Origin: Thecamonas trahens ATCC 50062
Taxonomy: Eukaryota; Protista; Apusomonadida
Length of the DNA stretch: 64,000 nt
Reading direction: 5' to 3'
Assembly: GCF_000142905.1 (NCBI RefSeq)
Contig: NW_013657651.1
Location: 342,167-406,166 of the forward strand
Position 1 is the stretch's first letter. The number at the start of each line of letters is the position of its first letter. Under the pieces are notes generated by a model. That model was not told the origin of the DNA. It saw only the letters and a program-made list of their open reading frames with translations, and ran no database searches. The position numbers and the translations under genes were made by a program. This document shows positions 1 through 11,126 of this stretch, piece by piece.

Positions 1-2612
1 GACGGCGAGCACAGCCACGAGCTCTTTCTTGTCGACGCCACCCGAGTGGTCGGCATCGACCATGTCGAACATCGACTGGGCCACCGCCGGATCTGCCACC
101 GCTGAGCCAAGTGCCGAGTTGGCGACAGCGGTGCAAAAGTCGTCAAAGTTGAGCTCGGCAGCGTCCGCCGCAAGCAGCTTGTCGACCACGTCGATGGGGA
201 TGGCGGCCATTGCCTGCAGCACTTCGACATCCTGCCGGCGGCGGAGCATTGCACGCGCGTCGGACCGCGTCGACAGTCCGTCGGCCTGGTCGAGGACAGC
301 AGACCCGCTTCCGCGCCGCAGTGCGAGTGGCGACTTGGGCGGGTCGTGACTCCCGCTTGCGCTTGCGTCTGCCTCGGCACTCGCATCTACACTTGCATCT
401 CCACTCGCATCTGCGCTGGCTTCCGCGGCTGCAGTCGTCACGGTCGGCTCGGCATCGGGCTTAGGAAGGGAGGCTGATGCGGATGCGGAGGCCGAAGCGG
501 AGGCCGACACCTCGACCGAAATCTTGGTAGACGACTCCTCGCCGCCGACTGTAGTATTCGATGCAGACTTTTCGACAGTAACCGAGACCCTGGCGTCGGC
601 GTCGGCGTCGGCACTGGCGTTGGCGTCCACACCTGCGGATGATGAACTGCGGCTGCGGCTCCCGCTTTCGCACTCGCTTTTGCTGCGGCTTGCGCTGCTG
701 CGTGAGCGGTCAGCATCGTCGGCGTCCGAGGCGGAGGCTGAAGCCGAGTGGCTCGGGCCGTTGTCGGACGAGCCAGAGCTGGTGGACATGCGCGGTGAAA
801 AGGCGACCGGGCCCGAGTGCAATTGCGAATTGACCGAGTGCGAGGCAGAGGCGGAAACAATGTCCGACTCGGAGTGCGAGAGCGAGCCCTTGGGGTAGCT
901 TCGCGCTGGTGACGACGCGTCGTTGGCGCCACCATTCATCGAAACCAGTCGTGATGAGTCCGCTTTGCCGACCACCGACGAGACGTTGAGACCAACCGAG
1001 TTGGCGAGGACAAGCTTGCTCCGCAGCTCCGCGATGGTCTCCTCGTCCTTCTCGAGTTTGGCTTCAAGCTCTGCCTTGGCCTCGTGCAGCTCGTCCACTT
1101 CCTTGGCATGGAGCTTGTTGTCGCGCTCATGGGCATCGCGCTCGCGGTTGAGCGAACGAAGTGCATCGTCGAGCTTGCGGTGGGCGTCGTCGCGCTCGCT
1201 CTCGACAATGGCAAGTTGCGAGCGGACGGAAGCGAGCTGGGCATCGAGGACCCGACTGCGGTCTGCGGCCTGGCTTTCGACAAAGCTGGAGTGAGTGCGG
1301 GCATCAGTGGCGGCCTGCTGGGCGGCAATGAGCTCGGCACGGAGCTTGGCCGACGACTGGGCGTCGTGGAGCGTCTCGCCAGACTCGCGCTGCAGCTGGG
1401 CAATGGTGGACTCGGCGGCAATGAGCTTGGACTTGAACGACTCCAGCTCAAACTCCATGGCCTCGGCATCGCGTGCAGCCTGGGTACGGAGCTCGTCGAG
1501 CTCGTCGATAACCTCGTTGTACTCGGCCTCAAGGTTGGCGTACTCGGTGTCGGTGGGCGCAGCGAGGGCAGCGGCCTCGGGTCCCAGCAGCATCGTCGAC
1601 GACCGCGAGCGGTCGGCGTCGGCAGTCTCCTCGGCAAGCTCGAGGAGGCGGGCCTGCAGCTTCTTGCACAGCTTCTTGAGGCGGTAGTTCTTGTCGACAG
1701 CCACCTCGAGTGCTTCGTCAAGTTCCTTGTTGCGGGCGAGCGCCTCCTCGTACATGGGCGGGGACGGCCCGGACTCATCACCGGCGCGGCCACCGGCCCA
1801 GCCGCTGTGGGCGTGGCCGGCGTCGACCAGAGCTTGCAGCCGCCGGGTCTCCTCATAGTACGCGTGCAGCTCCATCTGGAGCTCAGCAACACGGACGTGC
1901 CGCGCATCGCGCGAGAGCGCATCGTTTTGCTGGCGTGCCTTCTTCAGCTCCTGCTTGAGCTCCTTGACCTTGCGCTTGAGCGAGACAATGAGCCGCTGCT
2001 CGCGCTTGATGGTGGAAAGGCCACGAGTCGAGCCGCCGGGGGCGAGCTCGAGCTTGGCGCCAAGCACCTCGTCCAGCTTCCGCCGCACCCGCAGCGTCTC
2101 CTCCTCGGCCTGCTTCTGCAGCGTCCTGGCCTCGTTCCGCTCTAGCACCACTTCCTTGAGCCGCCGTTTCAGCCGCTGCAACCGGTGTCGTACCCACCAG
2201 ATCAGAGCAAGAGCGAGAGTGAGTGCAGCACAGAGATCGATCAACCACACAACACATCGTCTGCTATCGGTCTACATCGCCTCTCGCACCTCGCCCTGCC
2301 GAAAACCGCCAGTCTCTGAAAAAGGGCAACCTCCAACGGGACAATTCCGCAGTGCCCAACTCTTTGCCTGACCGGCGCAAAGTTGAGCAGAGCAGCCAGC
2401 AGAGGGTAGCGCGATAGCGGCAGTGGTACGGAGGGAGGAGAGGGGGGGAGGGGGAGGGGGAGGGGGAGGGGGGGGACACGAGAACGTACCTGAATCTCCT
2501 CAAACTGAGCCTCTTGATCATGGTAGTACTTCTTGTGCGGGTTGGAGTCTGCTTGCTTGCGCATGCGCAGAGGCTTTGCATAGCTTGCTTCTGCCGTCCT
2601 TGGTCGTGTCAT
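1..2612 (-). CDS. IQCE-like coiled-coil protein with a C-terminal EF-hand (3' end runs off the window)
   Basis: Exon 1 is 2612-2490 (MTRPRTA...FEEIQ), followed by a GT-AG intron at 2489-2176. Exon 2 stays open from 2175 to base 1, so it is missing from the ORF track. FEEIQRLKRRLK...VAELQMELHAYYEETRRLQAL resembles the IQCE coiled coil (YDEIIELKK...MRIAMETYYEEVHRLQTLL). The last codons read FDMVDADHSGGVDKKEL, a canonical EF-hand loop. Confidence 0.7.
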
Positions 2613-2884
2613 ACCAGATGATGATGGCCTTGGCCGCGAAGGTGGTGGTCCTCGTTGCGGTTGCGGGTGGTGTGCCAGCTGCGGGTGCGGGGAGCGGGTG
2701 GTCTTCCTCCACCTCGGGACTGTCCCTCTCCTCCATTAGGAACAACCACTCCAGTCCGTCGCATGCGTGGGGATGCCCCACGCTTCCTCCCACCAGGGGG
2801 GAGTACGGTGAGAACGACCGGCGCATAGTCGGGTGCCCTCTGCCAGCGCAGCCGCCAAAGATACCACTGCCATTCCGCCACAGA

Positions 2885-3568
2885 TCGATCGGTCGGCTTT
2901 CACTCGTCCGGCTTGCTTGGCCGGCAGCCCAGTCGGGCAGCCGGATGCCAAGCCGATCAGGGTGAATGGGCGCACCACAATGGTCGCTATTGGCATGTGT
3001 TGGCTGTGTATGGTGTTGGCAGGGTTTGATGGCGGGTGCGTGCTGCAGCGAGTTCGATCGGTCGGCTTTCACTCGTCCGGCTTGCTTGGCCGGCAGCCCA
3101 GTCGGACAGCCGGATGCCAGGCCGATCAGGGTGAATGGGCGCACCACAATGGTCGCTATTGGCATGTGTTGGCTGTGCATGGGGTTGGCAGGGTTTGATG
3201 GCGGGTGCGTGCTGCAGCGAGTTCGATCGGTCGGCTTTCACTCGTCCGGCTTGCTTGGCCGGCAGCCCAGTCGGGCAGCCGGATGCCAGGCCGATCAGGG
3301 TGAATGGGCGCACCACAATGGTCGCTATTGGCATGTGTTGGCTGTGTATGGTGTTGGCAGGGTTTGATGGCGGGTGCGTGCTGCAGCGAGTTCGATCGGT
3401 CGGCTTTCACTCGTCCGGCTTGCTTGGCCGGCAGCCCAGTCGGGCAGCCGGATGCCAGGCCGATCAGGGTGAATGGGCGCACCACAATGGTCGCTATTGG
3501 TATGTGTTGGCTGTGTATGGTGTTGGCAGGGTTTGATGGCGGGTGCGTGCTGCAGCGAGTTCGATCGG
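2885..3568. repeat. Tandem array of four near-identical 169-bp units plus an 8-bp partial unit
   Basis: The unit start tcgatcggtcggctttcac recurs at 2885, 3054, 3223 and 3392, with a partial copy at 3561. Copies differ by only a few substitutions. Confidence 0.97.
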
Positions 3569-3633
3569 GTGGTGGCTGCGTTGGACAAGAGCTCGGGCCC
3601 GGTAGTCGGCCCGGAGAGGGGACACTCATCGCC

Positions 3634-4031
3634 ATGTCGTCATCTGGTGGAAACAAGGGCAAGCGGGAAGCAGGAGGACCAGCTGGCAGTGGCCCTGCCC
3701 GCAAGAAGAAGAAGCACAACAAGAGCTACTACACAGGGGGAAGGTATGTGGCCAAGAGAGGGAGGGAAGCGGTGAGGCAGTCATGGGCGGGGTGCTGCCG
3801 GCAAGAGAGACAGTGACCGAGTGCGAGGGGAGACGGCGGGAGGGCTGAATGGCGCACTGGTGGTCACTCACGTAATCATGGATGGATGGATGGTGCCATG
3901 CTGCAATATGCTGTGATATGGGGCTGTTACCGATTGGTGGTCGACGGGGCGGGGGATCTGCTGCTTGTGGTTGCGACGACCTTGCGGTGTGACGGGACGA
4001 CGACGCTTGGGAATGATGATGACGATGATGA

Positions 4032-4063
<32 letters not shown>

Positions 4064-4956
4064 ATGCGTGACAGAGCAAGCGTGGTGCTCGTGAAGAATG
4101 GGCCGATGGAGATCATGGTGTGCTGATGACGTGCGAGACTGGAGTTATGGGTCTCGCTGTCCGCTCGGGCAAGGCCTATCTCCACTCGCGGTATGCGGAC
4201 TGGGTGGCGTCGGACAAAGGCAAGGCCTGGGCCGAGGCGCATCCGCTCCCGCTTGTGCCTCGCGATCAGACAGCTGGCGGCGATGACAGCAAAGACGACA
4301 GCAAGGCCACCAAGCCGAGCTCGGCTGGTGCCCCGTCGAGTGTGGCCAAGGAGGACAACGATGACGGCGGCGAGATCGATTTCGAGGCTGCTATGGATGC
4401 CGAGTTTGAGGCGTTGGCCAAGAAGGACAAGCTGACCTTCCGCAATCTGGAAACCAAGGTCAAGGGTACGTTTTTTGTTGGCACGCAGCCAACCGATCCG
4501 TTCGTGGCGCAGCCGGACGGGTTCATCAACTTTTGCTTTGACGCGATCGCGTCCGCGCCGGTCAACGGCACCCAGTACATTTCGCGCATCGTTCCTGTTC
4601 ATGTGACGACCAAGCCCAAGCTGGAGCGGATTGTGGCCAAGACCGGCGCGCTCCTCACCGCCTGGCTCGAGCATCACCCTCAGCCGGCCGACGCCAAGTT
4701 TACCGTCATTGTCAAGCGGCGGATCAACAAGAACGTCGACCGGACCAAGCTGACTTCGGATCTGGTTGGCCTCGGCCTTGCTGCAGGCTTTACCCTCGAG
4801 TGGAAGCGCGGCTACGACTTTGCCATCTCAGTTGACATCATTCTCAACATGGCCGCCATCTCCATCCTCTCCGGCTACGACACCTACCACAAGTACAACA
4901 TCCAAGCTGCGGTCAATGCCGCCATGATTGCCAACGAAGAGTCCAAGACCAACTGA
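3634..4956 (+). CDS. THUMPD1: THUMP-domain protein (THUMPD1/Tan1, tRNA ac4C adaptor)
   Basis: Exon 1 runs from ATG 3634 (MSSSGGNKGKR...KKKKHNKSYY) to donor gtatgt at 3744. Exon 2 starts at about 4075-4077 and contains GVLMTC, TQYISRIVPV, FTVIVKRR and the ending GYDTYHKYNIQA, all typical of Tan1/THUMPD1. Confidence 0.85.
4012..4066. repeat. (GAT)n/(GGT)n microsatellite inside the THUMPD1 intron
   Basis: Directly visible gatgatgat...ggtggtggt run. Confidence 0.9.
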
Positions 4957-5114
4957 TAAAGCATCTGCCATCCCCTTTGTGTCCTCATCGGCTCGTCGAC
5001 CGCCCCCCCCCCCCCCCCCCCCCCGTCGCCCGTCGCCTGTCGCCGCCCACCGCCCACCACCACAGCCGCCACCGCCACCACGCCACACCTCACCCCGCCA
5101 CCACCACCAACTCA

Positions 5115-5627
5115 ATGACTGCCAACTGCGACGAAGAGACCATTGTACATGTGGACAAGCTAGAGGTGACGCGAGGTGTATGCGGTGGTCTTGGGGACGC
5201 CCTTACCCTCGTCCTCGACTTCACCCCGGTGGTGACCATCACCGACGGCGTCTGGTCGCTCAGCTACGAGATCGATCATGTTGGCAAGCATGCCTCAGTC
5301 GAGCTGGACACGCTGGGGCCGAGGGACTATGCTGCAGGCACCAAGATCTCGGTCGAGCTGGCCTCAGAGGGCATGGATCTGTCTGGCTTCAAGAGATCGC
5401 GTCTGCTCAACATGGGCCTGCTCCGGTTGACTCTCCATGGATCGGCACCAGAGGCTCCCAAGGGCGACATGGATGAAGGCTCTGCTGCGCCTACCTCGGC
5501 ATCCGGCACTGGCGCCGCTGCTGCTGACGACGATGCACTGCTGCGGATATCACTCGTGGTCATGGTGGCAAAGGGCGAGGGCAAGTCACTCACCCGCACC
5601 GTCCTCAACCCCCTCGCCGACGCCTAG
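5115..5627 (+). CDS. Divergent ASF1-like (Ig-fold histone chaperone-like) protein, 170 aa
   Basis: The beta-strand pattern IVHVDKLEV...LTLVLDF...WSLSY...VELDTL...AGTKISVEL...LLRLTL...LLRISLVV parallels the Asf1 strands. Codon usage is coding-like. Confidence 0.55.
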   Translation: MTANCDEETIVHVDKLEVTRGVCGGLGDALTLVLDFTPVVTITDGVWSLSYEIDHVGKHASVELDTLGPRDYAAGTKISVELASEGMDLSGFKRSRLLNMGLLRLTLHGSAPEAPKGDMDEGSAAPTSASGTGAAAADDDALLRISLVVMVAKGEGKSLTRTVLNPLADA

Positions 5628-5970
5628 TCCCACCCCACCCCTCATCTCGTCCTTTTGCCGAGGATGAAATGAACCATCCTCTTTGCGCGTTCCACGAGAC
5701 CCGACGACGTACTATCTCCATCCCACCACCGCCACCACCCCCACCACCATCCGCCCAACAACACATCCAAAGCCACCCAACCTCCCCCTCCCTCCCCCTC
5801 CCCCTCCTCCATATCTTCCCCCCTCTCCCCTTCCACCTCTCCTCCTTCCATCACAATCATCGATCGAATCAGCTGCAGGCTGCGGGTACTCGGCATCAGC
5901 GACAAATGACGGCAGCAGCAGGGCGGCGAGAGAGAGCGAGAGCGAGAGCGGCGGAGACACCCAACTCAGC

Positions 5971-8000
5971 ATGGACACCTTCCACCAGCTGACGCCTGGC
6001 GTACGGTTCTCGCGGGAAGCGGGAAGACAAAGACAGCCAGGAGCAACAGCAATGTTGCCAAGGGACTCTCTGTCCAATCTGCTGCTCTTGACTTCTTTGG
6101 CACAGCTCGCCCGTCCCGCTCCTCCCGTCCGTCGTCCATGGATGGTGAGGATGGGCTGATCGTGGTCAAGGAGACAGGCAAGGCCAGCGGCAAGGGCAAG
6201 GGCAAGGGCAAGGGCAAGGGCAAGAGCAAGGGATCAGCCAGCTCTACAAAGACCGACAGCCGCTCGTCGAACTCTACTGTCCACCAGAAGGTTAAGAAGC
6301 GGAAGAGAAGCTCATCCCCATCGGACGGCGGCAAGTCGTCCAAGCGGGCAAAGCGGGCTCAGCGGGCGTCGTCGTCGTCTTCGTCGTCGTCGTCGTCGTC
6401 ATCATCACCATCGTTATCGTCGCCGCCCTCTTCGGCATCGGCATCGGCATCGGCATCTGGCTACGGTTCGTCCTCCGGCTACGGTTCGTCCTCCGACTAC
6501 GATTCGTCTGCTGGCTCTGGCTCGTCCTCGTCGGGCGCAGGGGATCGGGTGACGGTATACGGCGACTCGGCACCGCATCCGATCTCGTACTTTGAGGATC
6601 TGGAGGGCGAGGTGAAGCCGCCGATTCTGGCCAACATTGCTGCCGCCAAGTACAGCCGACCGACGCTCATTCAGCGGTCGGTCATTCCGGTCATGCTTGC
6701 CGGGCGTGACGTGCTTGCCTGCGCCCCGACCGGGTCGGGCAAGACGGCCGCGTTCTGCATCCCGGTCATCGCCAAGTTGCTGTCGAACGCGGCGCAGCGG
6801 CGGTCGAAGCGAATCAAGAAGGCTGTGGCCGACGGCAAGACCTCGGGCAAGACGTGCTACCCGATGGCACTGGTGGTGGCACCGACGCGCGAGCTGACGA
6901 CCCAGATTGCGAGCGAGTTTGTCAAGCTAGCTGGGCGCAAGCGGCTGCGGGTGACCGAGGGCCATAAGCTCCGGCTGAGCGGGCCACAGCCTGTGGCGGC
7001 GGTCGACGTGGTGGTCTCGACGCCCAGGCGTGGCGCCGTCTTCCTCTCCCACCCCAACGTCGCCATCTCGCACCTGCTCTGGTTTGTCCTCGACGAGGTC
7101 GACCGCCTCTTTGACGAAGGCTTTATCTCGCAGATCGACGACATCTTTACGCTGCTCAAGCAGCACGAGCGCGCCGAAGCCGAGGCCAGCGGCGAGCACA
7201 ATGCGTCGCTGCAGCTCTCACGGGCGTTCTTCTCGGCCACCGTTCCGAGCCACGTCGAGGAGCTCTCGGGCGCGGTCTTGGTCAACGAGGTCCGAGTTGT
7301 GGTCGGCGCCCGCATGCAGGCCAACTCGTCTGTCTCGCAAGAGCTGATCTTTGTGGGACGCGAGGAAGGCAAGCTGCTTGCTCTGCGGCAGCTTGTGGCG
7401 CGCGGCGTCCTTCCGCCGGTCCTCATCTTTGTGCAGTCCAAAGACCGCGCCAAGGAGCTGTACCAGGAAATGGTGTTTGATGACATCAAGGTCGACGTCA
7501 TCCACTCGGACCAAACCACGCCGCAGCGCGAGGAGATTGTGCGCGACTTTCGGCGCGGCAAGATTTGGTTCCTCATCACCACCGAGCTCATGGGACGCGG
7601 CATGGACTTTGCCGGCGTCGCCGTCGTGGTCAACTACGACTTTCCCTCGTCGACCGTTGAGTACATCCACAGGGTCGGCCGGACCGGCCGCGCCGGCCGG
7701 ACCGGCCGCGCCGTCACCTTTTTCACCGAGGTCGACAAGCCCATGCTCCGGCCGATCGCCACCATTGTTCGCGCTGCCGGCGGCGACGTGCCCGACTGGA
7801 TGGTTGAGCTCGCTCGCCCGCGCCGCGACCTGCGCCGCTCGCTGAAGAAGGTCCCGCGCCGCCGCGATGCCATCTCCTCGGTTCCCACCGCCGCTCTCCA
7901 GGACAAGGACGCCGCGCTGGTGAGCGCTGCTCGCAAGGCCGGGCGGGTCAAGAAGCGCAGGGCCGAGCGCAAGGCCAAGCGCAAGGCCAACCGCAAGTGA
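5971..8000 (+). CDS. DDX52: DEAD-box RNA helicase DDX52/Rok1 (one-base frameshift near 6013)
   Basis: Motifs APTGSGKT, PTREL, DEVD, SAT, RGMD and HRVGRTGR are present, plus Rok1-type PPVLIFVQSKDRAKEL and GKIWFLITTELMGRG. The N-terminus MDTFHQLTPGVRF (5971) and the LDFFG motif lie in adjacent frames. Confidence 0.92.
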
Positions 8001-8047
8001 GGTGTAAAGGCAGCGATTTACCTCGAGCTGGAGCACCGGTCCCGAGC

Positions 8048-10633
8048 TCAAAAGCCGAACATTTTGTTGATGGTGTGCAGAAAGATGTTGAGGTCGAGGA
8101 CGACGTACTCGAGGCGGATGACCCGCTCGTCGTTCTCCTGTCGCTCAAGCAGGTCCTCGAGCTCAAACTGGTAGCGATCGACGGGAAAGCCATGAAAATA
8201 GGCGGCACAAACAATGACCCCAGGCTCATCAGACGAAAAGACGAGGACGGTTTTCTTGCGGCGGGCGTCGGGCACAAACGACTCGGCAATGACGCCGTCC
8301 TTGAGGAGCTTGTCGTGGGAGACCTTGAACGGGCCGACGGTTGCGCCGGCCTTGTCCTTCTTTTTCTTCTTTTTGGACTTGGACTTGCCGGCGGCGTCGG
8401 ACGGCTGCGAGCGGACGTTCTGCAGATACTGGTTGTACGACTCGAGCTGCGAGAGCAGGAATTGGTGGTGGGAGCGAACACGCTCGAGGGTGCGCTCGAT
8501 CTTAGCGCGATCCTTGGCGAGCGACTCCTCAAAGGAGGCGCGGTTCTCGGTCTCGCGCGAGATGTCTTCCAGCATGCGCGAGTGCGAGTCATTGCGCGAG
8601 AGCACGCCCTCAGCCTCGAGCGCCGAGAGCTTGTCCTCGATGGTGGTGACAAGGGCTTCAAGCTTTGCGTCAGGCGCGCGGAGGAGTGACTCGTGGGCGG
8701 CTTCGATGAGGGTCTCGAGCGTGTGGTGGATGGAGAACGGAATGGCATGCGAGTCGAGCCGGGTCAGCAGCTCCTGGACTGCCTGCTTAGTCTCATCGTA
8801 CAAGTTGCTTGCGGCGGCGTTCTCGTCGAGAGTGTCGGTGTAGGAGAGGCCCTGCGGCGGGACGAGCGAGAGAACGACGGCCTCGTTCTGCGAGTTCTTG
8901 ACTTGCGGCGGAGCCTCGCCGAGCTTAGCCATGATGTCGCGGATCGGGTCGTCGAGGTCGCCGGCCACCTCGGCCATGTTGTCGGCAAGCAGAGCGTGGA
9001 TGAGGTAGATCTCGTTGAGCGAGATAGTGATGGTTGGCGTCTGGTTCGAGGCCACGTCGACAAACTGGTGGTCCAGCTTGAGGTACTCCTCGAGCTCGGG
9101 CACGTCGGTCAAGTTCTCAAAGAACTGGGTCAGCGGCTCGGTGTACTGCTCGATAAAGGCGTTAAGCGGGAGCATGTACGCCTCCTTGTCGCCAAACAGG
9201 ATAAAGTTGGAGAGGTTCTGCAGGACCTTGGCAACGAGGACGAGGTTGCGCCGGACTTTGGCGGTGAGCTTGTTCTTGACCAGCTTGTACGAGTCGGCAT
9301 CGGGCGTGACAATGGCCGGGTTGATGAACCGCAAGTAGACAAAGCCACCGATCATGGTTGCCCGCGCCTTGCGTGACGCCTCGGGGAACCGCTCCTGTGT
9401 CATGATGGCAATTTGCTTGGCGAGCCACCGGATGCCGTACGGCATGTCCTCGAGCGAGCTGAGGACTTGCTTCATGAACACCTCACACTGCGCCATGATC
9501 ATTTGGATGCGCGGCTCGATGACGGCGACCACGCGCGGGTCCTTACTCCGCTCGGCCTCGGGCACCTCGGCGAGCGTAGACTTGACCCCGGTCGCCACCT
9601 CTTCCTCGTTGATGAGCTTCTTGGCGACCTTGGCCGGGTTAATCTCAAACGACTCGGGGTCTGACGCCACAAACGCCTCGAGCACGCCCGAGAGCGTCTT
9701 CTCCAGATAGGCCTGGCCCGGATCACGCCGCGTGTACTCGCGGATCATCTTGGTCACCGCAGAGTTGCCGCGGAGCAGCGAGCCCATCGACGTCGACTCG
9801 TTGAACTCTTCCTGCAGCGCGCGGCGGAAAACCGAGAGCAGGAGCAGTTCCTCGCGGGCCGAGTACTGATCACCAAAGAGCGTAAAGGCCACAGCCTGGA
9901 TAAACGCCGGCGTCTGCGAGAGCTTGACCACTTTGGGCAAGATGCCGAGATAGTTGGGCTCGCGCTGGAGCAAGTAGAACAGCGACGAGTACAGCTCGCG
10001 CTTGGCCTGCGGCAGCGCAGCGTCCGAGACCTCGGACGCCGACGACGCCATCCGCTGCGTCTGGGCAATGACCTCTTGCACAGTGACCCGGTTCTGGATA
10101 AGAAGCCCGATGCGCGAGTCGATCTCTTTGTTGTCGCGTTCCAGAATGTAGTTTTGCTTGATCGAGTTGGTCAGCTCCTCCTTCAAATTCCGCAGCTCGG
10201 TCTGTTCCCGCTGCAGTCGCCGCGCCTTGTCCTCATCCTCAGCCTGCAGCGTCTTTTGGATGGCTCGGATGTTGATCAGCAGCCGCGGCTCGGTGAGCGT
10301 CTTGACTCGCAGCGCAATGGGGATTTTCTGCCCGCCGCCGACCAGCGAACCCGACCGCGAGCGGCCACGCACCGCCGCCGTCCTGACCTCGTTTCCAGTT
10401 GAGGTGCGTGAGTTGGGACAAGGTGAAAGGGTGCAGGGGGGGGGGGGGNNNNNNNNNNNNNNNNNNNNNNNNNNNNNNNNNNNNNNNNNNNNNNNNNNNN
10501 NNNNNNNNNNNNNNNNNNNNNNNNNNNNNNNNNNNNNNNNNNNNNNNNTTCTAGCCGCGGAGCCCTCTTGTCCCCACCCGGCCAACTCTGTCGATGGAGG
10601 GAGAAGGGTGGTGGCGGCGTACCTCTCAGCCAT
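8048..10633 (-). CDS. IQGAP-related RasGAP (RasGAP + RasGAP_C domains)
   Basis: LYSSLFYLLQREPNYL, LLRGNS (arginine finger), GGFVYLRFINPAIVTPD, AKVLQNLSN and a RasGAP_C-like C-terminus. Exon 1 is 10633-10623; the intron spans an N-gap; exon 2 starts at 10382. Confidence 0.9.
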   Translation of the reverse strand: MAERYAATTLLPPSTELAGWGQEGSAARXXXXXXXXXXXXXXXXXXXXXXXXXXXXXXXXXXPPPPCTLSPCPNSRTSTGNEVRTAAVRGRSRSGSLVGGGQKIPIALRVKTLTEPRLLINIRAIQKTLQAEDEDKARRLQREQTELRNLKEELTNSIKQNYILERDNKEIDSRIGLLIQNRVTVQEVIAQTQRMASSASEVSDAALPQAKRELYSSLFYLLQREPNYLGILPKVVKLSQTPAFIQAVAFTLFGDQYSAREELLLLSVFRRALQEEFNESTSMGSLLRGNSAVTKMIREYTRRDPGQAYLEKTLSGVLEAFVASDPESFEINPAKVAKKLINEEEVATGVKSTLAEVPEAERSKDPRVVAVIEPRIQMIMAQCEVFMKQVLSSLEDMPYGIRWLAKQIAIMTQERFPEASRKARATMIGGFVYLRFINPAIVTPDADSYKLVKNKLTAKVRRNLVLVAKVLQNLSNFILFGDKEAYMLPLNAFIEQYTEPLTQFFENLTDVPELEEYLKLDHQFVDVASNQTPTITISLNEIYLIHALLADNMAEVAGDLDDPIRDIMAKLGEAPPQVKNSQNEAVVLSLVPPQGLSYTDTLDENAAASNLYDETKQAVQELLTRLDSHAIPFSIHHTLETLIEAAHESLLRAPDAKLEALVTTIEDKLSALEAEGVLSRNDSHSRMLEDISRETENRASFEESLAKDRAKIERTLERVRSHHQFLLSQLESYNQYLQNVRSQPSDAAGKSKSKKKKKKDKAGATVGPFKVSHDKLLKDGVIAESFVPDARRKKTVLVFSSDEPGVIVCAAYFHGFPVDRYQFELEDLLERQENDERVIRLEYVVLDLNIFLHTINKMFGF

Positions 10634-11126
10634 GGCCCAAGTTGGTTAGGGGTGAGCGCTGGGAAGGGAGAGGAGGGGAGGGGAGGGAGGGGGAGGGAGG
10701 GGAGGGGAGGGGGATGTGGGTGTGTGTGGTGGGGGGGGTGATGTGGTGAAGTAGAGGTGTGGGCGTGTGGGCGTGGTGTCTGGTGGTGTGGGTACAGAGA
10801 GGCGGGGGCGGAAGCCGGGGGTGGGAGGGGTTCCGCCTGATCGGGCGCGTTGCTGCGGCGGGTTCTCCGGTTTGACGCCCTTTTCCTGCCGTGGCCGGCT
10901 GCTGTGCTTGTGCGGTGACACAGAGTCGGGAAAGAAGGGGTTGACGGGCTGTAGGACACTACACCGCACTTCTCTCCCACCACGGGCATAGAATAGCGAC
11001 GCTTACGCTGGCTGTGTTGTTGCCTCCTTTGTTGTGTAACTGAAGCCCCTGTAGCGGACCTGGCTACGCGACACCCGTCACCTGAGGTGGACAAGGCACT
11101 CTGCAGAAACGAAAACGATCGAGAAG

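Noticed and set aside
1084-2145. 353-aa plus-strand ORF and many similar long ORFs (e.g. 7218-8051, 26926-28005, 44759-45937, 52893-54008)
   Set aside because: These are antisense or alternative-frame shadows of real genes, expected in high-GC coding DNA.
2885-3568. CRISPR-like array or repeat-encoded protein
   Set aside because: There are no unique spacers and no cas genes. The 169-bp unit shifts frame with each copy, so the ORFs over it are by-products.
2885-3568. Hammerhead ribozyme, snRNA or 5S array
   Set aside because: The minus strand has CUGAUCG...GAAA rather than CUGANGA, and I recognised no U1/U2/U5/U6 or 5S signature.
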